Assembly: GCA_016188545.1 (NCBI GenBank)
Contig: JACPHO010000002.1
Span: 13-64,012 of the forward strand
Length of the DNA: 64,000 nucleotides
Direction: 5' to 3'
From: Candidatus Shapirobacteria bacterium
Lineage (GTDB): Bacteria; Patescibacteriota; Microgenomatia; UBA12405
Below the pieces are notes generated by a model. The model was not told the DNA's origin, made no database searches, and was given only the letters and a program-made list of their open reading frames with translations. Both the position numbers and the translations under genes were made by a program. Of this stretch, positions 29,873-40,585 are shown piece by piece; positions within the stretch are counted from its first letter, which is position 1, and every line of letters starts with the position of its first letter.

Positions 29873-30982
29873 GTGTTTGTGATTGGAATAGAATTAGTTA
29901 TGAAAATAATGACAGGAATAGCAGTAATGTTGGTTATTATTTTGTTTGGTCTGCGTGGAAAAATTGTGACAGCCCAAGAGGATAGGCTAATTATGGCTCC
30001 GGAGATTAGATTACCAAAGTTTGAAGTTGGTGAAGATCGGGAAATAACCGAGCCAATAGATGGCGATTTGATTTCAGCGGGAGGACAAGTGAAAGTCTTG
30101 AGTGAAATTACTGGGGATGCTTATATAGCCGGAGGGCAAGTAGAATTTGACGGGGTGATAGACCAGGACTTAATAGTAGCGGGAGGTAACGTGATAATTC
30201 GTGGAAGAATTGGTAAAAATTTGATTGTTGTCGGTGGACAAGTAAAAATTGAAGAAACAGCGATGGTAGGCGGATATGTGCTAGCTGCTGGTGGTGAGGT
30301 AATCATAAATGGGCAAGTGGAGGGTCCAGTCAAAGCGGCAACTTCAAAATTGACTATTGGAGAAATGGCTTATATCGGTGGAAATTTGGAAGCCGATGTA
30401 GAAAAAGTAATGATAGTGGATACAGCACAAATTGCTGGGGAGCGGAGGGTAAATATTCACAAAGTTGAGTCTCCAAGGATGTCAGAAACTGGTAATGAAG
30501 CTATGAGAGGAATAGTTGCGGTTGGGAAAATAGTCTACTTTTTGAGTAAACTAGTTACTCTACTAGTATTGGTGGTTATTGGGGGGAAATTAATGGCACC
30601 TGCTGGAGCACTAATGACCAGGTTTTGGACAACTTTAGGATTGGGTATGGTAGTTACTATAGTCACACCTTTTGTAATGATGATATTGATGATGAGTGTC
30701 CTAGGGATTCCACTATCGATAATTACTTTTGGGGTTTACCTACTAGCATTGTATTTGAGCAGTTTAGTTGTAGCCATGGCACTGGGAAATGTTATTTCTA
30801 AAAACGGGTGGTTACCTATTAAAAATAATTACTTACTATCCATCATTGGATTGATTGTAATTAGTGTAATAACTAATATTCCACTAATTGGTTGGTTGAT
30901 GAGCGTAGTAGTATGCTTTTTAGGAATGGGGATTATTTTCAAATTGGCGACTGAAAGAAAAGTTGTCGCTACTAAGAAATAG
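29873..30982 (+). CDS. Bactofilin-like beta-helix repeat protein with C-terminal TM helices
   Basis: Repeated GD...AGG.V.I.G units followed by about 5 TM. Confidence 0.8.
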   Translation: MFVIGIELVMKIMTGIAVMLVIILFGLRGKIVTAQEDRLIMAPEIRLPKFEVGEDREITEPIDGDLISAGGQVKVLSEITGDAYIAGGQVEFDGVIDQDLIVAGGNVIIRGRIGKNLIVVGGQVKIEETAMVGGYVLAAGGEVIINGQVEGPVKAATSKLTIGEMAYIGGNLEADVEKVMIVDTAQIAGERRVNIHKVESPRMSETGNEAMRGIVAVGKIVYFLSKLVTLLVLVVIGGKLMAPAGALMTRFWTTLGLGMVVTIVTPFVMMILMMSVLGIPLSIITFGVYLLALYLSSLVVAMALGNVISKNGWLPIKNNYLLSIIGLIVISVITNIPLIGWLMSVVVCFLGMGIIFKLATERKVVATKK

Positions 30983-31583
30983 GGTGATTATCTTGATAAT
31001 CACGACCTAGTCGATAAGTAATGTAGGCGAGCATGAGGCCTCCGACGATATCGATGGAATAGTGTCCATGAGAACTAATCAGGGAAGTAATTTCGACTAA
31101 TAAAAGGAAAAAAGAAGTTCGCTGGTAACGAATGTTTGGTTGATGACGGACGAGAAGGTATCCTAGGAAAGCGAAAGCGGTGTGGCCTGAGGGAAACATA
31201 CCTGAGGGCAACTTACCAAAGGAAAATAAATCTCCATACTCGACATTGCCAAAGGAATTGCCAACCGGCGTAAGTAAAATAAGGAGACTTCTGGCAAAAA
31301 GAATGGAGCTAACGGAGTAAACAACAAAGGGAATTTTGTCGGGGTATCGACGATAAGCACTAAAAATCAGTAAAGCTATAAGAATAAGGGTGACATCTGC
31401 GACATAGCCAGTCCAGTGGATACGAGGGATATAGTTGAGAAGAAGATCCCCCACTGGCTCACTGTTTAGGCTAAGCAAGGAGAGGAGATAACTACTGATA
31501 AAGTTCGCGAAAACAGAGGAAAGTAGAATAAGGAGGCTAAAACCGATGTTGGTAGCTCTTCTTGAGGCTAGGAATTTGATTAT
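30972..31583 (-). CDS. PAP2/sphingomyelin-synthase-like membrane phosphotransferase; the frame is open to about 31586 without an ATG
   Basis: RSLLILLTP, FPSGHT and HGHYSIDI motifs. Confidence 0.8.
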   Translation of the reverse strand: MIKFLASRRATNIGFSLLILLSSVFANFISSYLLSLLSLNSEPVGDLLLNYIPRIHWTGYVADVTLILIALLIFSAYRRYPDKIPFVVYSVSSILFARSLLILLTPVGNSFGNVEYGDLFSFGKLPSGMFPSGHTAFAFLGYLLVRHQPNIRYQRTSFFLLLVEITSLISSHGHYSIDIVGGLMLAYITYRLGRDYQDNHPIS

Positions 31584-31612
31584 GACCTATTTTATCAGGT
31601 TAAAAAAGTAAA

Positions 31613-32242
31613 CTAGCGTGAATTCAGGAAATCTCCAGGATTTTGCCAAAGAGAAAGAGCCGACTCTGTCGGTACATAACCTTTTAGGTTCAACTTTGAT
31701 CCTTTAATAACAGATAGGTGAAGATGTCGACGCTCACCATCAGTTTCCGGTGAGTATCCCTTACCAAGGACTCCAATTTGTTGACCAGCGACGACGTCGG
31801 TTCCAAGTGGAGCCAGAGAGGAAGGAGATAGATGTCCATAGAGGACAATATAATCTGAATCCTGATACTTTAGACTCTGGGCAACGACGCCGCCATAACC
31901 ACTTACTCTTCCAGAGTAAATTATTTTTCCAGAATGGACGGCACTGACGGAAATCTCCGTTAAAACATCCTCGTATTCGGCGTCAACTCCGGTATGGTAT
32001 CCGGTAAATTTTTCCGGTTTAACCGGAGAAGAATTTGGACTGACATGTATACCGAATGGTTTTTTGGTGACACGAGAGAAAAAATTCTGAGTAGGTAGAG
32101 TGAAGTCTGATTTGGTCAAGGGAACCATGGTGGGTAAATCGGAAACAGGCGGCGGCGGAGATGGAGTATTCAGCTTTGCCGAAGGACTGGATGGACTTAA
32201 TAATCCCAAAAATGTAAGAATGCCAATGAAAAATTCTTTCAC
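31613..32242 (-). CDS. M23 family metallopeptidase
   Basis: HTGVD, LYGHL and HLH motifs. Confidence 0.92.
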   Translation of the reverse strand: MKEFFIGILTFLGLLSPSSPSAKLNTPSPPPPVSDLPTMVPLTKSDFTLPTQNFFSRVTKKPFGIHVSPNSSPVKPEKFTGYHTGVDAEYEDVLTEISVSAVHSGKIIYSGRVSGYGGVVAQSLKYQDSDYIVLYGHLSPSSLAPLGTDVVAGQQIGVLGKGYSPETDGERRHLHLSVIKGSKLNLKGYVPTESALSLWQNPGDFLNSR

Positions 32243-32244
32243 AA

Positions 32245-32559
32245 TTATTTGGTAACCCGATTGGTTTTGCGTGGTAAGACCAGAGAAATAAAAAGACGAT
32301 CAACCAGGTAGCCGATAAAAGCAAAGACAATTAGAGCAAACAGAGAAGAAAATTCGATGATGAATCCCCCCTCAATACGAGGTGAAGGAAAGGCACCGAT
32401 AAAGGGAACTAATAGTGGCTGGGTAGTTTCGTAAACCCAAGTTACAAATGGTGCGGCTGAGGAAGCTCCAAAAAGCTTGAGAATGATTCGAAGACCTAGT
32501 AAGAACTCAACAATTCCGAGAATTGTATTGGCTAAGGTATAGAATAATGGTTGGAACAT
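32245..32559 (-). CDS. YggT family membrane protein
   Basis: LRIILKLFGA...TQPLLVPF motif. Confidence 0.85.
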   Translation of the reverse strand: MFQPLFYTLANTILGIVEFLLGLRIILKLFGASSAAPFVTWVYETTQPLLVPFIGAFPSPRIEGGFIIEFSSLFALIVFAFIGYLVDRLFISLVLPRKTNRVTK

Positions 32560-32623
32560 AATCTATTACTAATATGATAGCAGTTTGAGATATAAAAGTC
32601 AAAAATTTTGCTAAACTTATATA

Positions 32624-33778
32624 ATGAAACCTTGGCATGTTGGACTAATACTAATAATGGTGGCATTGGTATCGACACAAGTGTTCATGGCAGTACTAAG
32701 TGAGGAAGAGCAACAGCGTTTGGGTAATGAGCAGACTTTAAATAGTAAACTATCTGAACTACAAAAATCATTGGAAGAAAAAAATAATTCTTTTGAAGAT
32801 TTTAAAAAGACCGACCAAGTACTACTTAACCAAAAGCTAGAAGCTGACCTCAAAGATATTAAGGTTGGGTACAGTGGACTCATAGGAACTTATGAACATC
32901 TAGTAGATCTACGAGGTGAGAAAAAAATATATGCAAAAGTAGACACAATGTTTGCATTGGCCCTAAATCAGTTATCGGAGAATAATTATGCTTCAGCGGC
33001 GGCAACGATAAAGGGTTTGGAAGATGAAATCAAAAAAGAACAGGAAAAGAGAGCCTTGGCGGCTGCGGCTGCAGTACCGGTGGCAACTGGAAACAGCGGG
33101 GCTACAGGAACTGTTAAAACTGAAAGTGGTGAGTTTAGAACAAATATTATTAGCGCTGATTTACGGTCAGTAAAAGTAGTTGTTGATACCGCCTCGCCAA
33201 GTGATTGTGCTGATAATTGTCCGGTACTACCACTAGCTACTTTTGCCCAAAGATCTGGGGCTTTTGCCGCGATTAATGGACCATATTTTTGTCCAGCTAG
33301 CTACCCTGCCTGTGCCAGTAAGAAAAATTCATTTGATACTTTGATGATGAATAAAAATAAAACATATTTTAATTCGGGGAATAATGTCTACAGCTCCGTA
33401 CCCGCAGCAATTTTTTCGACTAACTCTCGCTTTGTAAGACAATCTTCGGAATGGGGAAGAGATACTGGAATTGACAGTGTTATAGCCGGGCAACCACTAC
33501 TAGTATTTAATGGACAGTCGATGTTTGCTGGAGACGGTGATCCTAAAAAATCAGGAAAAGGTACTAGGGCATTTATCGGTGCGACTGATTCGACAGTTTA
33601 TATTGGGCTAGTTTATAACGTGACAGTGGCGGAAATGGCAAATGTAATCGTGTCTAAGGGAATAAAAAATGCAATTAATTTGGATAGTGGTGGCTCGATT
33701 GCCATGTGGAATAATGGCAGATATGTGGCCGGACCGGGAAGAGATTTACCCTTTGGAATAATGCTGGTTCGCCGATAA
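32624..33778 (+). CDS. Coiled-coil protein with a phosphodiester glycosidase (NAGPA/DUF2233) domain
   Basis: AAINGPYF, RAFIG and NAINLDSGGS motifs. Confidence 0.85.
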   Translation: MKPWHVGLILIMVALVSTQVFMAVLSEEEQQRLGNEQTLNSKLSELQKSLEEKNNSFEDFKKTDQVLLNQKLEADLKDIKVGYSGLIGTYEHLVDLRGEKKIYAKVDTMFALALNQLSENNYASAAATIKGLEDEIKKEQEKRALAAAAAVPVATGNSGATGTVKTESGEFRTNIISADLRSVKVVVDTASPSDCADNCPVLPLATFAQRSGAFAAINGPYFCPASYPACASKKNSFDTLMMNKNKTYFNSGNNVYSSVPAAIFSTNSRFVRQSSEWGRDTGIDSVIAGQPLLVFNGQSMFAGDGDPKKSGKGTRAFIGATDSTVYIGLVYNVTVAEMANVIVSKGIKNAINLDSGGSIAMWNNGRYVAGPGRDLPFGIMLVRR

Positions 33779-33791
33779 GGTAAAATAATCT

Positions 33792-34631
33792 ATGGAACTA
33801 ACCGTAGCTGATCAAAGAGTATTGATATTTGATGACCAACTAACTCCGGAAGAAGCAGAGGAAAAAGCGTGGGAGAAGAAGGTCGATTCGTTTGGAACAT
33901 TGAATAAGCTAGGGAGTTTTTTATCTAGGCCAAAAGAAGAAGATTTTGAACTAATTTATCAAGAACATCGATATCAACCGTTTTGGCACGTGATTGCCAG
34001 AGCTCACTATGTGTACGATAGAAATACTGAGTATGAAGTAAAAACGGCCGGTCCTGAGGTGAATTCGGTTAACTGCTTCAAGACAGAATTTGAAGTGAAA
34101 AACGGACATATTCACCTACCAGTGCTGGAGCATTGCACCCAGGAAGAATTGGATGAGGTGCTGGTAGATGGAGTAAATGGAAGAAATAACCCTGATCTGA
34201 AAAAATATTTATCACTATCGCCAAAGCAGATAAAGAATATTGATAAAGTGACTAAAAAAGACTCGATCATGATCCCCCCTTCGACTCGGATATCGGCAAT
34301 TATGCGAGATTCGTTGTCAAAAATGATCAAAGGAATTCAGGCTGATGCAATTTTGGAAGAAACCGTAAAAGTGGAATGTGTTGATCTCTACTACCACCCA
34401 ATCTATGCTTTTAAGTTTAGGTGGAAAACAAAAGGGAAGGAAGCCATCGTAGAAGTGGATGGACTGACCGGTGAGGTAAGACCGGGAGAGAGGGTATTTT
34501 CTGAATACTTAGGGAAAATGCTGGATACAAACTTTTTGTTTGACCTGGGGGCTGATGCGGCTGGGATGTTGATACCCGGGGGAAGTATCGCCGTGAAAAT
34601 AACCAAGAAATATTTGGATACTAAAAAATAA
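33792..34631 (+). CDS. Hypothetical protein
   Basis: 279-aa ORF with YQPFW and VDGLTG motifs. Confidence 0.7.
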   Translation: MELTVADQRVLIFDDQLTPEEAEEKAWEKKVDSFGTLNKLGSFLSRPKEEDFELIYQEHRYQPFWHVIARAHYVYDRNTEYEVKTAGPEVNSVNCFKTEFEVKNGHIHLPVLEHCTQEELDEVLVDGVNGRNNPDLKKYLSLSPKQIKNIDKVTKKDSIMIPPSTRISAIMRDSLSKMIKGIQADAILEETVKVECVDLYYHPIYAFKFRWKTKGKEAIVEVDGLTGEVRPGERVFSEYLGKMLDTNFLFDLGADAAGMLIPGGSIAVKITKKYLDTKK

Positions 34632-34859
34632 ATGGCTAGTAGCAGTGATTTACTACCAAGAGCTGCCCTAATAAAAGCGTTGGCCGTGGCTTCGGGTGGC
34701 GAGAATATGAGTTTACTAACAAAGGTATTGTTGCAGGATGCGATGAAAGAGAACAGTCAAGTTACTGATGATCAGATGCAGGGCATTTTGAGGCACAAGT
34801 TAGGATTACCACTAAAAACCAAGAAGGTGGAACCGGTAGTAACCGACGATGAAAAATAA
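34632..34859 (+). CDS. Small hypothetical protein
   Basis: Directly abuts both neighbours in an operon-like arrangement. Confidence 0.55.
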   Translation: MASSSDLLPRAALIKALAVASGGENMSLLTKVLLQDAMKENSQVTDDQMQGILRHKLGLPLKTKKVEPVVTDDEK

Positions 34860-36048
34860 TATTCGATTGGCATATATTCTTTCTTTTATTAGCGAGTTGT
34901 ATTTTCCAATATCGGTCTGGTTGTTTTATTACCTCCGATACTTGGACTTTTCGCAGATAGGAATATTGACAGCCGTAAAACTACTATCGTCAATTTTGTT
35001 TGAGGTTCCCACTGGAGTATTTGCTGATAAGGCGGGAAGGAAGAGGGCTATAGTAATTTCATTCTTCTTATATGGTCTAGTTATGTTTGGCTTTGCTGGA
35101 GGATCGGTATTTTGGATGTTTATTGTTCTTGATATTTTTAAAGCATTAGCGAACGCATTTTATTCGGGAAGTATGGAAGCACTAGTGTATGATTCTTTGA
35201 AAGAGGATGGTGAAGAAGAAAGCTACGATAAAGTGGTGTCGAATATGGAGAGTATTGCTTGGGTGGGGCTCTTTGTATCCTCCGTACTCGGCGGGTTTTT
35301 GTATTTTTTTTGGTTTAGGTCGCCTTATGTTATCCAAGGTTCGCTTTATATAGTCTCAGGATTCATAGCACTAGGTCTGGTTGAGCCGAAAATTGATTCT
35401 AAAAAATATTCATGGAAAGAAGCGTGGAAGGGAAATACCGCTGGTATTTCTGAGCTATTTGCCAATAATAAGGTCGCCCAAATGACGGTGGTGTTTGTAA
35501 TATTAGGTGCCGGATACTTTATCGCATCTGAGATGATGGGCATTTCACAGGCGCGTGAATATGGGATGGATTCTAGGTGGGCAGGTATATTATTCGGAGT
35601 CGGGTACATTGTGTCGGCGATGTTTTCACAGTTTTATCCAATACTTCGGAAGTTATTTGGGGCGAGAAAGCTACTTTATGTAGTGGCGGCAGTATTAATT
35701 GGATCGTTTTTACTAGCGAGATGGGTGGGGGTAATTGTCGGATCAATTTTAATCGTATCCAGAATATCGAGCTCGACAACTTTTAGAAACACCCGGTCGG
35801 GTGTAATTAACAAACTAATTGGCTCAAAAAGTCGGGCGACTTCAATATCAACTTTAGTATTACTATCACAATTGCCAATGGCTATTATGGCCTATTTTTT
35901 GGGTGATTATATAGATAAACATTCTCCAAATATGTTGGCGTGGCTGGTGGGTTGGGTGATGATCGGGGCACTGATAATACAGTGGGTGTATTTTAGGTCT
36001 AGAATAAAGTATGAACCCAACAATGCAATGGTACGTAACTCTAACTAA
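34849..36048 (+). CDS. MFS transporter
   Basis: FEVPTGVFADKAGRK, SGSMEALVYDSL and RAT.IS motifs. Confidence 0.9.
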   Translation: MKNNIRLAYILSFISELYFPISVWLFYYLRYLDFSQIGILTAVKLLSSILFEVPTGVFADKAGRKRAIVISFFLYGLVMFGFAGGSVFWMFIVLDIFKALANAFYSGSMEALVYDSLKEDGEEESYDKVVSNMESIAWVGLFVSSVLGGFLYFFWFRSPYVIQGSLYIVSGFIALGLVEPKIDSKKYSWKEAWKGNTAGISELFANNKVAQMTVVFVILGAGYFIASEMMGISQAREYGMDSRWAGILFGVGYIVSAMFSQFYPILRKLFGARKLLYVVAAVLIGSFLLARWVGVIVGSILIVSRISSSTTFRNTRSGVINKLIGSKSRATSISTLVLLSQLPMAIMAYFLGDYIDKHSPNMLAWLVGWVMIGALIIQWVYFRSRIKYEPNNAMVRNSN

Positions 36049-36415
36049 ACCTTTTTGGGCACCACCAGCGTATTTGTTTGGACCGGTTTGGACAGTGCTT
36101 TACATTCTAATTGCCATCTCATTTGGGTTTGTTTTCAGACTGGCGTGGAGAAAAAAGTCATACAGAAAACTAGTTCTGCCATTTTTTCTTAACTTGGTTT
36201 TTAACCTGCTATTTACACCCATTCAATTTGGACTTCGAAATAACTGGCTAGCACTACTGGATATATTGTTAGTGCTGGGGACTCTAGTCTGGGCAATGAG
36301 ATCAATTTATCCGAAACAACCATTCGTTGCATATGCCCAAATCCCCTATCTACTGTGGGTTGGCTATGCCACTATACTGCAAATTTCGATAACTTTTATG
36401 AACACTGGTCTATAA
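36011..36415 (+). CDS. tspO: TspO/MBR tryptophan-rich sensory protein
   Basis: WY..L.KP.WAPP..LFGPVWTVLY and PYLLW motifs. Confidence 0.92.
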   Translation: MNPTMQWYVTLTKPFWAPPAYLFGPVWTVLYILIAISFGFVFRLAWRKKSYRKLVLPFFLNLVFNLLFTPIQFGLRNNWLALLDILLVLGTLVWAMRSIYPKQPFVAYAQIPYLLWVGYATILQISITFMNTGL

Positions 36416-36441
36416 TTAGTAAGTTAATAGTTTTACAAAAC

Positions 36442-36840
36442 ATGCAGGGATACAACGTCAATATTGAGGAAGCAACTATAAAAAATACTAACTTCAGGCA
36501 GGTGCTTTATAGCGGAAAACATAGCCAGTTAGTACTAATGAGCTTGCCACCAAAGGTAGAGATAGGAATGGAGGTGCATGCTGATAATGACCAGTTTTTT
36601 CGATTTGAAAGTGGATTTGGAAAAGTAATTATTGATGGAAATGAATATATTGTGACTAATGGGTCAGCAATAGTAGTGCCCTCTGGCGCCCAGCACAACG
36701 TAATTAATACCTCAGAAACTGAAGATCTAAAACTATATACGATCTATTCACCAGCACATCATAAAGACAAGATAGTTCGAGCAACAAAAGCAGAGGCAGT
36801 AGCCAACGAGGCGGAGTTTGACGGTGTAACCACAGAATAA
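36442..36840 (+). CDS. Cupin domain protein
   Basis: NFRQVLY, IGMEVH, DQFFRFE and HNVIN motifs; likely start MQGY. Confidence 0.9.
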   Translation: MQGYNVNIEEATIKNTNFRQVLYSGKHSQLVLMSLPPKVEIGMEVHADNDQFFRFESGFGKVIIDGNEYIVTNGSAIVVPSGAQHNVINTSETEDLKLYTIYSPAHHKDKIVRATKAEAVANEAEFDGVTTE

Positions 36841-37046
36841 TGGGAGCAATGGAGTTTGTTTATGACGAGAGTCGGTTTGACCCAACCCAGGTAAGGGCGA
36901 TGTTGGGGATTCAAGGTCAGCTGAGGATAAATCTACCCCCTGAGGAACGACTGAGGTTGGCAGACTTACTGTTGCGGACTGGAAATATTAGTACTGAGGA
37001 GCTCGCTAGTTTGCGAATGAGAACAGTAAAAATATGTCAGAAATAA
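36840..37046 (+). CDS. Small hypothetical protein
   Basis: Overlaps both neighbours in the same direction. Confidence 0.45.
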   Translation: MGAMEFVYDESRFDPTQVRAMLGIQGQLRINLPPEERLRLADLLLRTGNISTEELASLRMRTVKICQK

Positions 37047-37402
37047 TTAAAAAAATATTATTAGTGGGTGCAACACTGATCTTAATTTTGGCAACAGTGA
37101 GAATGGGACGGTTACTTCAAAAACCAAAGAGAGTGGTAGTGAATAATTTGACGAGGATAATATATGTAGAAGAACTAAAGGGATATGATGGAACAGTGGA
37201 AAATAGACCGATTTATTTGGCTTATGAGGGTTATGTTTACAATGTAACTGATGGTAAAGAGTACTACCAGCCCGGAGGTGTGTATCATTCTTTAGCAGGT
37301 AGAGATGCCACGAAGGAACTTAACATTGCTGGAGGATCAATCATTAAGAGAAAGTATCCAATAGTAGGTAAGCTTAGTCAGAATATTTTAATCAAACCTT
37401 AA
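37034..37402 (+). CDS. Cytochrome-b5-like heme/steroid-binding protein (MAPR-like) with an N-terminal anchor
   Basis: EELKGYDG, IYLAYEGYVYNVT and Y.PGG.Y..LAGRDAT motifs. Confidence 0.88.
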   Translation: MSEIIKKILLVGATLILILATVRMGRLLQKPKRVVVNNLTRIIYVEELKGYDGTVENRPIYLAYEGYVYNVTDGKEYYQPGGVYHSLAGRDATKELNIAGGSIIKRKYPIVGKLSQNILIKP

Positions 37403-37447
37403 TGTAGGTGGTATTAGAATGGAAAGTAATTATTAATTACTTTACAA

Positions 37448-38080
37448 ATGAACGAAACATTTTTGTCTTCAATGGGTTTTAAATTATTACTATTAGTGAC
37501 TGCGGGAGTATCTGTCGCAACTATGGGAGTAGCTGCCTCGAAGGCTACAGAGTCTTTTGGTAAAAGCAAAATTCCTAAAACTGGACTAGAAATTCCTCAA
37601 CCAAATGGAACGGTGGTAACTGAAAGTGGATCAGTTGATTTGAAATTAATTGAAGAAGTAAAAACTAAAAAAACCGAAGGTAAATGTGTGATAACACTAT
37701 TCTCAAAACAGTATGATGTAACCGAGGTAAATAAGACTGGTGGAAGTACAGATATTTTTGACTGCGGAGAAGATATGTCCAGCCAATATTCAGCTAAATA
37801 CGGTAAAGATGTAAGTAGAATGGAAAAATACTTAGTCGGTGCCACAAGTACAAACAATGAGGTAATACCAACCACGATTCCAACTAGCGGAGCCACAGTG
37901 TCGGCTATGCCAACAGCACAGCCAATACAACAGGGTGGAGACGACTCAATGGAGTTTGAAGATGACAACGACGAGAGAGAAGATAGCGAACATACAGATC
38001 GATATGAAAAGAAAGAATCCGAATCTAAGGAAATTGAAGAAAAAAGTGAAAGTCGAGAATTAGAAAGTAAAGACAATTAA
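37448..38080 (+). CDS. Anchored protein with a degenerate b5-like domain lacking His ligands and an acidic tail
   Basis: CVITLFSKQYDVT...GG..DIFDCGEDMS...RMEKY is homologous to the C-terminus of 39378-39863. Confidence 0.7.
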   Translation: MNETFLSSMGFKLLLLVTAGVSVATMGVAASKATESFGKSKIPKTGLEIPQPNGTVVTESGSVDLKLIEEVKTKKTEGKCVITLFSKQYDVTEVNKTGGSTDIFDCGEDMSSQYSAKYGKDVSRMEKYLVGATSTNNEVIPTTIPTSGATVSAMPTAQPIQQGGDDSMEFEDDNDEREDSEHTDRYEKKESESKEIEEKSESRELESKDN

Positions 38081-38096
38081 GTAATATAATTTACCT

Positions 38097-39381
38097 ATGA
38101 AATCGACTGGAAACTGGATTCTCTGGGTAATAATACTGATAACACTGGGAATGTTTGTAAGTTCCAAAGCAGACATGACTGAAGTTATGGCTACACCATG
38201 GCTAAGTGCATCTCAAGCATTAGCCTTGGTGGGCACTGCTTTATTGTCAATGAGTTTTGTACTTAGTAGCCGGGCGAGATTCTTAGAAAGCCTTTTTGGA
38301 GGAATGGATAAAGTAATGAAGGTACATCATATAGTAGGTGGCATATCTTTTTTGTTGATTATTAACCACCCACTTTTTTTGGCAATAGATGCGATACCAA
38401 ATTTTCAAATAGCGACTAGGTATTTTTGGTTATCAACCAATTTGAGTTATAGCTTGGGAGTGGGTGCATTATATACACTTGTTATTACTTTATTGCTGAC
38501 ACTAGTAATAAAATTGCCATATGACTTGTGGCTGAAGACACATGATTTTATGGGGCTTGCCCTGCTTCTAGGAAGTCTGCATGTCTATACAATTAGTAGC
38601 GATGTGTCGAGATATGCACCACTACGAATATGGATGTTCGGATTGTTAGGCGTAGGTTTTTTTTTCATTTATATATAAGGTATTTTTATACTCGAGTTTT
38701 GGTCCTAAATATAAATATTCAGTTAGCTCCATCAGGAGACTGAAAGATGTCTATGAGATTACCCTGTTACCGAAAGACAATAAGGTGAGTTTTCTACCGG
38801 GACAATTTGTTTTTATAAATTTTGAGGCATTAGGACTTGAGGAAAAACACCCGTTTACAATCTCCTCTGCACCAACATTTAAGGAGTTAAGAATCTCGGT
38901 TAAGGCTTTGGGCGACTATACAGTCAAGCTGAATCAACTTAAAGATGGAATGATCGCTAACGTATGGGGACCTTATGGACGGTTTTATAAAGGAATGAGT
39001 GATGAGACAAAAGACGTTGTAATGATAGCTGGTGGAATTGGAATTACTCCGTTTTTGAGCATGCTGAATAATGAGTTAACCAAGAACTTAAAAAGAAAGA
39101 TTTGGTTGTATTATGGCGCTAGTTCAACCGAAGATGCGGTATATGATACCGAAATCTCGGCAATTGAAGAAAAATTAACAAACTTAAATTACTTTAGACA
39201 TTTTGGAGGGATAAAACCGAGAGTAAGTGTGAATGTGCTAAAAGAGAAATTGGGTGAACTTTCAAATAAGCTATTTTATATTTGTGGGCCGACTATTATG
39301 ATGGAAAATTTGAGTGAACAACTAATAAAAAATGGTGTCAAAAGAAAAAATATTATTATGGAAGATTTTGCGTTCAAATGA
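38097..39381 (+). pseudogene. Second ferric reductase/NOX-like oxidoreductase, frameshifted at a T9 run (38657-38665)
   Basis: Removing one T joins the TM half (HH, HP, TH, LH) to the FAD/NAD half (HPFT, GGIGITPF, CGP, EDF). Confidence 0.88.
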
Positions 39382-39863
39382 AAATAATTAAAACAATATT
39401 TCTAATATCACTTTTTAACTTTTTGGTAGTGGGGTCTATTGTGATGGCGATGCAAAATAAAGAAGCAAAGATACCAATAGCCGTGGGAGCAATTTCCACA
39501 ATAGAACCAGATATACCAACTGTAACACCAACTATTAAACCAAAGAATAAAATTGTTCCGGCAGTAAAAAATAAAACAGTCGATCCATTTGCAATTATTT
39601 TTAGCCAGAAAGATGCGCCAGCGCCCAAAGCTACCTCAAAGCCATCACAAAATAACCAACCCGTAAATACACAAGCGCCACCACAACCAGTAGCTGACAA
39701 TAGGTGCATTATTGCAATTGATGGAGTTAGATATGATGTTAGTGTGTTTAGAAACCAACACTCTGGTGGTGATATTTTTTCTTGTGGGACTGATATGTCA
39801 GCCATTTTTCATGGACAACATCCCAACTCTTTCTTGCAGAGAATGGCGCAATATAAAATTTAG
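39378..39863 (+). CDS. Anchored protein with a Pro/Thr linker and a C-terminal bis-His cytochrome b5-like domain
   Basis: CIIAIDGVRYDVSVFRNQHSGGDIFSCGTDMSAIFHGQHP. Confidence 0.88.
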   Translation: MKIIKTIFLISLFNFLVVGSIVMAMQNKEAKIPIAVGAISTIEPDIPTVTPTIKPKNKIVPAVKNKTVDPFAIIFSQKDAPAPKATSKPSQNNQPVNTQAPPQPVADNRCIIAIDGVRYDVSVFRNQHSGGDIFSCGTDMSAIFHGQHPNSFLQRMAQYKI

Positions 39864-39910
39864 ATAAAGAGCTACAACAGTGGTTTTGTTTAATTGTAAT
39901 AAAATACAGT

Positions 39911-40585
39911 ATGAGAATTTTAGTGGTGGAAGATGATGAAATCCTGTTAAAAAACATCTCGATAATTTTGAAACGTGCCAGTTATGCGGTCGACACGGCC
40001 AAAGATGTTGACGAAGCCAGTAATAAGTTGGCTTCGATGGAATATGATCTGGTGCTAATGGACTGGAAACTACCTGATGGTAATGGAATTGATCTATGTA
40101 AAGAAACTCGAAAAAATAACCCTGAAGTAAAAATAATAATGCTGACCGCCAATAGCCAGGTTGAAGATAAAATTGAAGGACTGGATGCTGGAGCAGATGA
40201 TTATATTACCAAGCCGTTTGAAATGGATGAACTTTTGGCCCGAATTAGATCGGCTTTAAGAAGGAGTGGATTGTCAACTTTGAAAATGATAATAATTGAT
40301 GACTTACAGATTGATACAGCTCTGAGAATAGTTAAACGAGGTGGTAAGGAAATAGCTTTATCGACTAAAGAATATGCCTTACTGGAATACTTAGCTTTAA
40401 ATGAGGGAATGGCTGTTTCAAGAGTTGATCTGCTATCGCACGTGTGGGACGAAAATGCGAATATTTTTTCTAATACAGTAGATGTACATATACGTTATCT
40501 AAGGAATAAAATAGACAAGGGAAGAATAACAAAACTTATTAGAACAATTAAAGGAAAAGGCTATGCAATTGCGAGGGTCGATTAA
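39911..40585 (+). CDS. OmpR-family response regulator
   Basis: ILVVEDD, D.KLP, GADDYITKPF and a wHTH. Confidence 0.95.
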   Translation: MRILVVEDDEILLKNISIILKRASYAVDTAKDVDEASNKLASMEYDLVLMDWKLPDGNGIDLCKETRKNNPEVKIIMLTANSQVEDKIEGLDAGADDYITKPFEMDELLARIRSALRRSGLSTLKMIIIDDLQIDTALRIVKRGGKEIALSTKEYALLEYLALNEGMAVSRVDLLSHVWDENANIFSNTVDVHIRYLRNKIDKGRITKLIRTIKGKGYAIARVD

